Below, in pieces: positions 39,960 through 48,045 of a stretch of DNA of 64,000 nt (position 1 is the first letter of the stretch; each line of letters starts with the position of its first letter). The stretch covers positions 64,001 through 128,000 of the forward strand of contig JAVRCV020000073.1 of the NCBI GenBank assembly GCA_034530615.2, given 5' to 3'. The position numbers and the translations under genes were made by a program. Below the pieces are notes generated by a model. That model made no database searches and was not told the DNA's origin. It saw only the letters and a list, made by a program, of their open reading frames with translations. Origin of the DNA: Aulosira sp. ZfuVER01 (GTDB lineage: Bacteria > Cyanobacteriota > Cyanobacteriia > Cyanobacteriales > Nostocaceae).

Positions 39960-40670
39960 ATGTTAAACTACAACCCGTTGCACTGTTTGCCATCTTCCGA
40001 AGAGCTACCTAACTCTGATGACACCCCTGTGGATAATCAACTACAACATCTCATCCCTGCTTTGCTCGAAAGTACACTAGCTCTGATTTGGTCAGAGCAT
40101 TGGAATTGGTTCTTTGGTGTGAATATGGGTATTTATTATGATGCCAATGAGCCAGCTCTTGTCCCTGATGGCTTTCTCAGTTTGGGAGTGAAGCGCTTCG
40201 TTGATGAATACTTACGCTTGAGTTATGTGCTATGGGAAGAAAACGAGTTACCAATTTTGTTACTAGAAGTTATTTCTCAAATACATCGGGGAGAATACAG
40301 TAGTAAAAAAGAATTGTATGCCAAAAAGCTAGGGATTTTATACTATGTTATCTACAATCCTCTCCGCCGCAAAAAGCCGCATTTGGAAGTATATCGCCTT
40401 GTCGATGGTGAATATTTACTCATGTCGGGCAGTCCTGTTTGGCTACCAGAAATTGGGTTAGGAATTGGGCGAGAACGGGGAATTTATCAAGGTATTGCCC
40501 GGGAGTGGTTGTACTGGTACGACGAAGAAGGGCAAAGGTTGCTCACGCCAGAAGAACGCATTCAGGAAGTGGAAGAACGAGTTAATTTTGAAGAACAGCG
40601 ACGAGTGGCTGCGGAAAACCGGGCGCGAATATTGGAAGAAAGGTTAAAGGATTTGGGTGTAGAGCCTTAG
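39960..40670 (+). CDS. Uma2 family (DUF820) protein
   Basis: LPxSDDTPVDN, VPDGFLSLG, LEVIS and WLYWYD motifs with coiled-coil tail. Confidence 0.9.
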   Translation: MLNYNPLHCLPSSEELPNSDDTPVDNQLQHLIPALLESTLALIWSEHWNWFFGVNMGIYYDANEPALVPDGFLSLGVKRFVDEYLRLSYVLWEENELPILLLEVISQIHRGEYSSKKELYAKKLGILYYVIYNPLRRKKPHLEVYRLVDGEYLLMSGSPVWLPEIGLGIGRERGIYQGIAREWLYWYDEEGQRLLTPEERIQEVEERVNFEEQRRVAAENRARILEERLKDLGVEP

Positions 40671-40796
40671 CTGCATTCATGTTAATTTGCCTGATGGTTA
40701 GGGAATTATATTTGTAAAGGAAATAATCACTTGGCGGCACAATGAATTAGAAATTGTTGCTGAATTAATCTATTTACAAAAACCATCATCAAGAAT

Positions 40797-41492
40797 ATGA
40801 AAGTTAAATTAGGGTTCGGCTCTATCCCCAAACCTCAATATGTATTTGTCAGCAGAGAAAATGATTACTGTTGGTATATGCTCACTGAAGATAAAAAACA
40901 TATTCCAATTTATGAAAAAGCTTTGACTGGAGTAGTTACAGGGATAGAAGTTAATAAAAAGATTGAAACATCTTTTGGAGAAACTGAAAAAACTGATTTA
41001 TATGTTTTTGCAGACAAACCTTATATTGTCCGTTCGGGAAGCGACTCTTATTTTTCTAAAAGTTTATTGTTATCTTTAGATGCTCTTACTTCTGAACAAC
41101 TGCATCATCCACTGACAATCGCTGTTAGCCCTGGAGATAGAACAGTAGTATTTTGTAATATTTACGATCCTGTAACTTATCGCTCTGTAGGTGTAAGTTG
41201 GGATGGACATCGAGAAATTAACTGGCAATCTTTAGGGCAAAAAGTTAGTTTAAAAATTAATGGAAATATTAATTCAAAGCAAGAACAAATACAATCATCT
41301 AGCAATACGCCTCAATCTGAACTTCATGCAGTTTTAATAGCGCAAACAGATACATATTTAGCACAATTAAATTGGTCTCCAGAGCAAGGAAGAGAGTATT
41401 TACAGCAGAAATATGGTAGGCGATCGCGTCATCATCTCTCTGATACAGAATTGCTGGATTTTCTTGATTTTCTCAAACTACAACTAACCTAA
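40797..41492 (+). CDS. Hypothetical protein with beta-rich N-domain and C-terminal W....GR.YL...YG..SR..L...EL..F helical module
   Basis: 231-aa clean ORF; the C-terminal module is a recurrent small cyanobacterial domain (recognised by eye). Confidence 0.7.
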   Translation: MKVKLGFGSIPKPQYVFVSRENDYCWYMLTEDKKHIPIYEKALTGVVTGIEVNKKIETSFGETEKTDLYVFADKPYIVRSGSDSYFSKSLLLSLDALTSEQLHHPLTIAVSPGDRTVVFCNIYDPVTYRSVGVSWDGHREINWQSLGQKVSLKINGNINSKQEQIQSSSNTPQSELHAVLIAQTDTYLAQLNWSPEQGREYLQQKYGRRSRHHLSDTELLDFLDFLKLQLT

Positions 41493-41520
41493 ACAATAGC
41501 TTTCAGTTCCATAGATTGTC

Positions 41521-41549
41521 GTAAACGGCGGGGTTTCCCCGCCCCTACA
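41521..41549. repeat. GTAG-type REP-like palindrome
   Basis: Minus strand TGTAGGGGCGGGGAAACCCCGCC; a related degenerate GTAG...CTAC element lies at about 15257-15317. Confidence 0.6.
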
Positions 41550-41782
41550 AATGTCTTTTACCTTATTTTCCAAATTCTGCGATCGCTCTTTTTTAGCTTA
41601 TCTGATGATGTGTAGGCGATCGCTCATCATCGACTTGCATTTCAGATAATCTCAAATTTCTGCGTACTGAATGTTGATTAGCTGCTTACTGAGGGAAATA
41701 TAAGTATAGGTTTATGCTTAATTTTCGTCTTTAACCCGTAGAGGCATATTAACCAAATAATAATCATAGTCAGGAGTATTTC

Positions 41783-42754
41783 ATGATTCCACTTATCTTG
41801 GGTGCTGTTGCTATAGCTAGCGCTGTTCTTGGTGTTGGTGCAGGCGCAGTAGGAGTTGCTGAGATGAATGAGGCACAAGAAATTGGTAACCGCGCCCAAA
41901 AGCGTCATGAGGATGCTGTCAGACATTTAAAAGCAGATTGGGAAGCAACTAACGAACTGGCAGGAGAGTATGGTGAATTCCAGCTTGATGTAATGATGCG
42001 TACAATTGGTCGCTTTGTTGATTTTATTGAACGAAACATTGGTAAAGCAAAACAAAGTGAGAAGGAGTTTTTGGAGGGTTTGGATGGAATTTCAGTTCAG
42101 CAGATTAAAGAATATAAAACTGCTGCTATCGAAGCTGAACAGTTTTTTCAAGGTGGTGCTAAGGCGATTGGCGCAGCAACAGCAGGATACGGTGGTGCAA
42201 TGGGTTTTGCTACATCTGTAGGAGTAGCAAGTACTGGAACACTTATCGGAGGACTAAGTGGTGCAGCAGCCTGGAATGCAACTCTAGCATGGCTGGGCGG
42301 TGGTTCATTAGCTGTTGGTGGCGGCGGTATGGCGCTTGGTTCTCTTGTGCTAGGAGGTATTACTGTTGGTCCTGCTGTCCTAATTGGAGGTTTTGTGATT
42401 GCTGGTGAAGGCGAGAAAGCATTAACAAAAGCGCGAGAGTACGACGCTGAAGTCAACATTGCAATTACCAAAATTGAATCAGCTAAAGACTTTATACAAC
42501 AGGTGAAACGACGGATTACCGAATTAATGGATTTAGTTAAATCTCTCAACGACGTTGCTGTTATCGGCCTGAACGAACTTGACTCCTTGGCATCATTCGA
42601 TAAAAACAGGAATGCTAGTCAATTTCAACAAGTTGCACTTCTGGTGAAGGCACTAGCAGAAATCATGAAAACTCCAGTATTGGATGGTGAAGGAAAGTTG
42701 AATCCAATTACTGCAAATATCTATGCCAAGTATCATAAGCTGGGAGTGAATTAA
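41783..42754 (+). CDS. Uncharacterised 323-aa helical protein with N-terminal hydrophobic helix and central Gly-rich hydrophobic hairpin
   Basis: AGGAG SD; ASTGTLIGGLSGAAAWNATLAWLGGGSLAVGGGGMALG segment flanked by heptad-rich helices. Confidence 0.85.
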   Translation: MIPLILGAVAIASAVLGVGAGAVGVAEMNEAQEIGNRAQKRHEDAVRHLKADWEATNELAGEYGEFQLDVMMRTIGRFVDFIERNIGKAKQSEKEFLEGLDGISVQQIKEYKTAAIEAEQFFQGGAKAIGAATAGYGGAMGFATSVGVASTGTLIGGLSGAAAWNATLAWLGGGSLAVGGGGMALGSLVLGGITVGPAVLIGGFVIAGEGEKALTKAREYDAEVNIAITKIESAKDFIQQVKRRITELMDLVKSLNDVAVIGLNELDSLASFDKNRNASQFQQVALLVKALAEIMKTPVLDGEGKLNPITANIYAKYHKLGVN

Positions 42755-42756
42755 AA

Positions 42757-43164
42757 ATGTCAGTAAATAAAGTCGCCAAAGTAGGCATTAAAGAAGTTAT
42801 CAATCCTGCGGAATGCTTACAGCAAATGGTTTCAGCTTACACCGATTACCTAAAAACTGCGGAACAAGAACAGACAAAGAGACGAGAGATTGATGCTTGG
42901 GAAAAAGCAACAATTACCAAAATTAACGCCCAGAGAGACTTGCTAATGGCATATCTGGATCGCTCTTTTGATGAACGTGCAGAAAACTTTCGTGCTTTGT
43001 TTGCTGTGGTTGATAGTGCGATCGCATCTGGAAATAATGAACAACTAGCGCTTACCTTAAATTCAATTACAGAAATAGCTAAATCAAGCCCATTCAAAAA
43101 CCTTGCCAACTTAGCTGCTGTCCGCGCTGCTCTTAACGAGCCAAACCACGAGTGGACATTTTGA
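42757..43164 (+). CDS. Uncharacterised 135-aa coiled-coil protein, coupled to the upstream gene
   Basis: Starts 2 bp after the upstream stop; EQEQTKRREI...FDER..NF..LF...D pattern. Confidence 0.82.
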   Translation: MSVNKVAKVGIKEVINPAECLQQMVSAYTDYLKTAEQEQTKRREIDAWEKATITKINAQRDLLMAYLDRSFDERAENFRALFAVVDSAIASGNNEQLALTLNSITEIAKSSPFKNLANLAAVRAALNEPNHEWTF

Positions 43165-43198
43165 TTTTATAGCAGAGCGATCGCCTTCCTAAAACTCT

Positions 43199-43226
43199 AA
43201 AAGCCTGTATAAGCAGGCTTCTTTTT
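43199..43226. terminator. Bidirectional terminator
   Basis: AAAAGCCTG-tataag-CAGGCTT-CTTTTT between convergent genes. Confidence 0.7.
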
Positions 43227-43233
43227 GTAGATA

Positions 43234-43512
43234 TCAAAAATCTTCATCATCAACAAAAAACTCGGCATCTTCATCTAATCGAGAATTACCCCGCCCAGAA
43301 TCAGCAATACCCCACAAAGGTTGCAGCACTGCTATACCAATTAATCCGATACAAACACAAAAAGCCAGCACTAAACCTACTGGTATTTGAATCGATTGTA
43401 ATGATAAGAATTTTAACCGTACTAGTGTGGCGTTTTGGACTGAGAGAAGCGCGATCGCCATTACCCAAACAGCGATAACTACAGATATCAAAAAATTAGC
43501 AATACTTTTCAT
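43234..43512 (-). CDS. LapA/DUF1049-family small membrane protein
   Basis: SVQNAT.V.L.FL...IP.GLVL pattern; 2 TMs. Confidence 0.8.
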   Translation of the reverse strand: MKSIANFLISVVIAVWVMAIALLSVQNATLVRLKFLSLQSIQIPVGLVLAFCVCIGLIGIAVLQPLWGIADSGRGNSRLDEDAEFFVDDEDF

Positions 43513-43637
43513 AAAAAATCAAACTATAAACAAACACAGATGAACACCGATAAATATCAGCGTTCATCTGCACGGCAGTTGCTCCAACGGGGGGAACACC
43601 CGCAAAGCACTGCCTCGTTTATCGGCGGTTTAAACTC

Positions 43638-45065
43638 TTACTCTAGTTTAGCGATCGCACTTTCCATTTCTTGAGCGATTGTAACCAGTTTTTCCGGTGA
43701 GTTGGTTTCTAGATAAACGCGCACCAGGGGTTCTGTACCAGAGGGACGCAGTAGAATCCAGCTACCTTCTTCTAAGTAAAGTTTAATCCCATCTTTGCGA
43801 CCGACTTCTTTGACTTTAATTCCCGCTACTTCTGTAGGTGGATTTTTGGTAAAGGAGTCGATGACGGCGGTTTTATGGGCTTCGGTGAGGTGTAAGTCAA
43901 GACGATTATTGTAAAGCGGACCGTCAGCTTCGGCGATCGCTTCTTTGACTAGTTGACTCAGAGGCTTACCTTCATAGGCGATCGCTTCTGCTACTAGCAT
44001 ATCGGCTAAAACGCCATCTTTTTCGGGAATATGCCCGATCACGCTTAAACCACCAGATTCTTCCCCACCAATTAATACGGTGGTTTCTCGCATTTTTGCA
44101 CCAATGTATTTAAAGCCAACTGCTGTTTCATAAATTGGCAGCCCATATTTAGCCGCAAAATTATCTAAAAGGTGGGTTGTGGCTACAGTGCGGACAATCG
44201 CACCGCTTTTGCCTTTATTTTTGATTAAATGACGTGCTAGCAATAGCAGCACAGTGTTAGGGGTGAGGACATTGCCTTGTTCATCAACAATACCAAAGCG
44301 ATCGCTATCGCCATCTGTTGCTAAACCTAAATCTGCTTGATCGGCGCGTACTGCTTCGACTAACTCAACGAGTTGTTCACCTTTGGGTTCTGGCATCCCG
44401 CCGCCAAACAGCACATCCCGCCAAGTGTGGAAACTTTCTAATTGCACACCGCTTTGTTGCAAAACTTCATCTAAATAACCACGGGAAGTAGAATACAAAG
44501 CGTCGTATTTTACCTTCAACTGGGCACTTTTGATTTTTTCTACATCAATTAGGGTGTAGAGAAATTGCAGATAATCGGGTTTGGGATCGAAAATAGAAAT
44601 AGAACCCGATGGGCTACCACTTGGTGGCTCATCCGATGCACTTTCGATATTTGCCACAATAGTATCAGTAATCTCTGGAGTGGCAGGCCCAGCATAGTCA
44701 GGGATATATTTAATCCCACAGTATGGTGCAGGATTATGACTTGCCGTAAACATCAACGCCCCTGCTGAATTTAGGTGGCGGGCGTTGTAGGCAATTACTG
44801 GTGTAGGGCAATCCCGATCGGTTACTTTTACCGTCCAACCCAAGTCAGCTAAGACTTGGGCGGCAGTTTGGGCAAACTGGTCAGCTAAAAATCGAGTATC
44901 GTAGGCTACAAGAACAGGCCTGTCTTTGCTATAGGCTGTTTCTAAGTAACTAGCGATCGCCCTTGTAACTTTCCTCACATTGGGGAAAGTAAAATCATCG
45001 GCGATAATCCCTCGCCATCCATCAGTACCGAATTGAATTTTGCTGGATTTGCTACTAGCGCTCAT
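43638..45065 (-). CDS. Phosphoglucomutase/phosphomannomutase
   Basis: FGTDGWRG, TASHNP, DGDSDR, GGEESGG and RPSGTEP motifs. Confidence 0.95.
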   Translation of the reverse strand: MSASSKSSKIQFGTDGWRGIIADDFTFPNVRKVTRAIASYLETAYSKDRPVLVAYDTRFLADQFAQTAAQVLADLGWTVKVTDRDCPTPVIAYNARHLNSAGALMFTASHNPAPYCGIKYIPDYAGPATPEITDTIVANIESASDEPPSGSPSGSISIFDPKPDYLQFLYTLIDVEKIKSAQLKVKYDALYSTSRGYLDEVLQQSGVQLESFHTWRDVLFGGGMPEPKGEQLVELVEAVRADQADLGLATDGDSDRFGIVDEQGNVLTPNTVLLLLARHLIKNKGKSGAIVRTVATTHLLDNFAAKYGLPIYETAVGFKYIGAKMRETTVLIGGEESGGLSVIGHIPEKDGVLADMLVAEAIAYEGKPLSQLVKEAIAEADGPLYNNRLDLHLTEAHKTAVIDSFTKNPPTEVAGIKVKEVGRKDGIKLYLEEGSWILLRPSGTEPLVRVYLETNSPEKLVTIAQEMESAIAKLE

Positions 45066-45169
45066 TTTGCCACAGTCTCCCGTCCAACTTCACTACTATA
45101 GGAAGCTTCGCGCAAAGCGTGCGTAGCCGCAAGTATCTCCGCCGTTATTTTTCTCACTGCTCGTTAGCA

Positions 45170-46027
45170 ATGTCAATCCCCGACCGACCTTTTGCCAGTT
45201 ATCACCTTTGGTCTTTAGTTGCCCCAGCTACAGGGCAAGAACGTTGGCATTGCCAAATGAGACGGGGGTTTGTCAAAGCGCGTCAGCATGAACCACAAGT
45301 TAAGGCACTGTTAGCCACAGCTACTGCACCCCAAAGAATTGGGATACTCGCCCAAAAAGGCGTTTATGAATTTCATCATCATCGACATCTGTTAAAGCAA
45401 TCAGACGGTGTAGAAAAAGTTGCCCAGTTGCTCAAATTAAGCCATTCCTCTGAGGAAGTTCAACAGCGCGTGTTGCAAATTTTACAGAAATACCACAATG
45501 CTCCCTTGCTGTTGAATAAAAACATCCTGCAATTAACTCCAGGGGATGAAGGCTTTCCCAAACCAATTTTAATTGACCAGGATGATTATTGCTTCCGTTT
45601 ATATGCGGCTATGGACTGTGTATTTGTTGATAGCGATCGCACGTTGCATATTTTAGATTTTAAAACTGGTAAAGCTGCCTTTGACCAACGACAGGCATTA
45701 GTTTATCTGTTAGCTGCACGTTATCTTTACCCCGGACATGAAGCTGTTGCATCGTTCTATAATTTAGAACTTTGTAAAACATCCGAATTAATTCGGATCG
45801 ATCGTCGGGAATTAGCATCCTTAGAATTTGAGTTGGCTCATATAGCTAAGAAGCATCAGCGAGATTTACAAAAATATCATCAAGAAACTGAGGATTTCAG
45901 TAAGATATTCCCACCTAATCCTGGTTCTCACTGCCGCTTTTGCCCATTTCGCTCTATCTGCGATTTTGCTGATACGAAACAGCCTCAAGCTTTTGCCATG
46001 CCCATTTTAAGGGTGAATGGGGCATAG
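45170..46027 (+). CDS. PD-(D/E)XK nuclease, AddB/Cas4-like with 4-Cys Fe-S staple
   Basis: N-terminal HC, MDCVF...LDFKTG, QALVY and C-terminal CRFCPFRSIC motifs; ATG at 45170 preferred. Confidence 0.82.
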   Translation: MSIPDRPFASYHLWSLVAPATGQERWHCQMRRGFVKARQHEPQVKALLATATAPQRIGILAQKGVYEFHHHRHLLKQSDGVEKVAQLLKLSHSSEEVQQRVLQILQKYHNAPLLLNKNILQLTPGDEGFPKPILIDQDDYCFRLYAAMDCVFVDSDRTLHILDFKTGKAAFDQRQALVYLLAARYLYPGHEAVASFYNLELCKTSELIRIDRRELASLEFELAHIAKKHQRDLQKYHQETEDFSKIFPPNPGSHCRFCPFRSICDFADTKQPQAFAMPILRVNGA

Positions 46028-46095
46028 GGCACTGGGCATTGGGGAAACGAGGAAGGGGGAGAAATCCTACCTGTTGACTGTTGACCCTTGACTCT

Positions 46096-47781
46096 TCAAA
46101 ACGGCGGTAATTCTTTAAGAATCGTAAACCGAATATGATTGATTGCTAGGTCGCCAATGGGGATATCTTCTTTGGTCAGACGTACTCCTTGACTAGAAAT
46201 GGTTTCAAAGGAAACGCCTTTGCCAATTTCGATGTGATACCAGCATAAGCCCATAAAAAACCGTGTGGGATAGGGGCCGGCATTTCCGACATCATCAGGG
46301 TTAGATTCCATTGGCAACCAGCCAATATTGGGTATGTAGAATTCTAGCCAAACATGGTTAAAGTCTGGTTGTAGGGGTACGCCTTGTAGTTCGCCATGAG
46401 GAGGACATTTATACCTACCTACTGTACGACAGGGAATCCCGTTCAAACGGCACAGAGCCAGCAAAACGCCCACATATTCGCCACAGGAACCAACACCTCG
46501 TTCTAAAACGATATCGGGAGTATCAATGTACGGTTTGATACCATAAGATAATTCATCGTAAACGTAATTGCGGATGTTGTACATTTTCCGCAGCAAATTG
46601 GTTTCCGAGCCTACTGCGTCCCTAGCAGAACGTCGGACAATACTGGTATCCATTGCTAAATCGTCGTCATCCACCAGGTAACGAGTTTCAAATTCTGGTG
46701 AAAGTTCGGGAAGATTTTCTACATCTTTGGGTGTAATACGATACTTAATACCGCGTACTTCCAAAATTGCTTTCCAGCCAAAGATATGGCGTTCGCCAGG
46801 GGTGAGAGTAGCAAATTTAAACACTGCTATCCGTTGCCCATCGATTACTTCTTCGGTAAAAGGTAACCCAATGGGTTCAACGTGTTTGACCTTTTGGCGT
46901 TCGGTTTCTGAGGGTAAGGCGATGCGCCACTCTAAATCTGTTAAATAGACTTCTTCTAAGGGTGCAATTTCCTCAGCGTAGGACATTTCGATGAGGTAGC
47001 CATTAGAGAGGGCGTAGCGTTTCTCTGGCTCGTAATGATAATGCAGAGGATGAATAAAAGTGCGATCGCGGTATGTTAGCTCATGATTGGGATCGGCATT
47101 CGGATTATCCCGAATATAAGGTTCTTCAGAGGCATAAGCGACATAAAGACTTTCTTTGGCTGTTTCCGCATCTTTGTGTACGGCTATGCCTGTAGGCGAG
47201 TCAAAAGGTGTGAGGACGCTGAATTGAATTTCTCCTGTAGCCCTATCCATCGAGTAGACGGTTTGTTCTGTGCGATCGCTCACCCACAGAATATCATTAC
47301 TCACAGCTAAATTTTCTACACCAACCCCAGGTGCATAAAACCTAGTAATTTCTCTGCGGCTCTCAGATTCAAAAACCAAGATATAGCCTAACTTTTGGCA
47401 ACTGACATAAACTGTTGATTCCCAAGCAGCAACACCGTCAGCCGGATAAGGCAATGTAACAAAATGCTCTAGACCTAAAGAATTCAGCTTGCAACGATAT
47501 ACACTGTTGCCACGAGTTACCCAAAGGGTATCTTCCCAGACTGCTAGACCTGTGACTTCAGTAAATTCTTTGACTTGGTGAGGATTAAGAATTTTGCTGT
47601 TGTCAGATATTGGGTCAATCTCTAGCAGATGTCCTTTAACAGTATCAATAGCGATGAGTGTATCTTTAATGAAAGCAATGCCACCTAATGCGGCAGCACT
47701 AAGCGGTCGAATTGTTCTTTGCCCAAACATCTGGCTAACGGTCATACTGGGAAGTGCAAAACTCATATTAAGCATATTCAT
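46096..47781 (-). CDS. Beta-propeller-like + transglutaminase-like domain protein
   Basis: GSCGEY, RLNGIPCRTV and HVWLEFY motifs; N-terminal repeated G(L/I)A(V/W) blades. Confidence 0.85.
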   Translation of the reverse strand: MNMLNMSFALPSMTVSQMFGQRTIRPLSAAALGGIAFIKDTLIAIDTVKGHLLEIDPISDNSKILNPHQVKEFTEVTGLAVWEDTLWVTRGNSVYRCKLNSLGLEHFVTLPYPADGVAAWESTVYVSCQKLGYILVFESESRREITRFYAPGVGVENLAVSNDILWVSDRTEQTVYSMDRATGEIQFSVLTPFDSPTGIAVHKDAETAKESLYVAYASEEPYIRDNPNADPNHELTYRDRTFIHPLHYHYEPEKRYALSNGYLIEMSYAEEIAPLEEVYLTDLEWRIALPSETERQKVKHVEPIGLPFTEEVIDGQRIAVFKFATLTPGERHIFGWKAILEVRGIKYRITPKDVENLPELSPEFETRYLVDDDDLAMDTSIVRRSARDAVGSETNLLRKMYNIRNYVYDELSYGIKPYIDTPDIVLERGVGSCGEYVGVLLALCRLNGIPCRTVGRYKCPPHGELQGVPLQPDFNHVWLEFYIPNIGWLPMESNPDDVGNAGPYPTRFFMGLCWYHIEIGKGVSFETISSQGVRLTKEDIPIGDLAINHIRFTILKELPPF

Positions 47782-48045
47782 TTAACCGTTTAGCACGCCT
47801 AGAATAAATTGTGGTAGGTCCCATGTGACCAAGCTTCAGACTGGTGTTACTTACAATTATCAGTGCAATGTGTTCCAAAAAAACTCTGGCCTAGGAAATA
47901 ACACATACAAGTTCCAAGAGGAGCAAGTGACAAATGCCAGGAATCACATCTACACTAATACAATTTGGCGAGAGCCTTTATGTAACTTTAGTTGATGGTT
48001 TTCCGGCCATCACTAAATTATGATCGAATTCTGTAACCATTTCCT

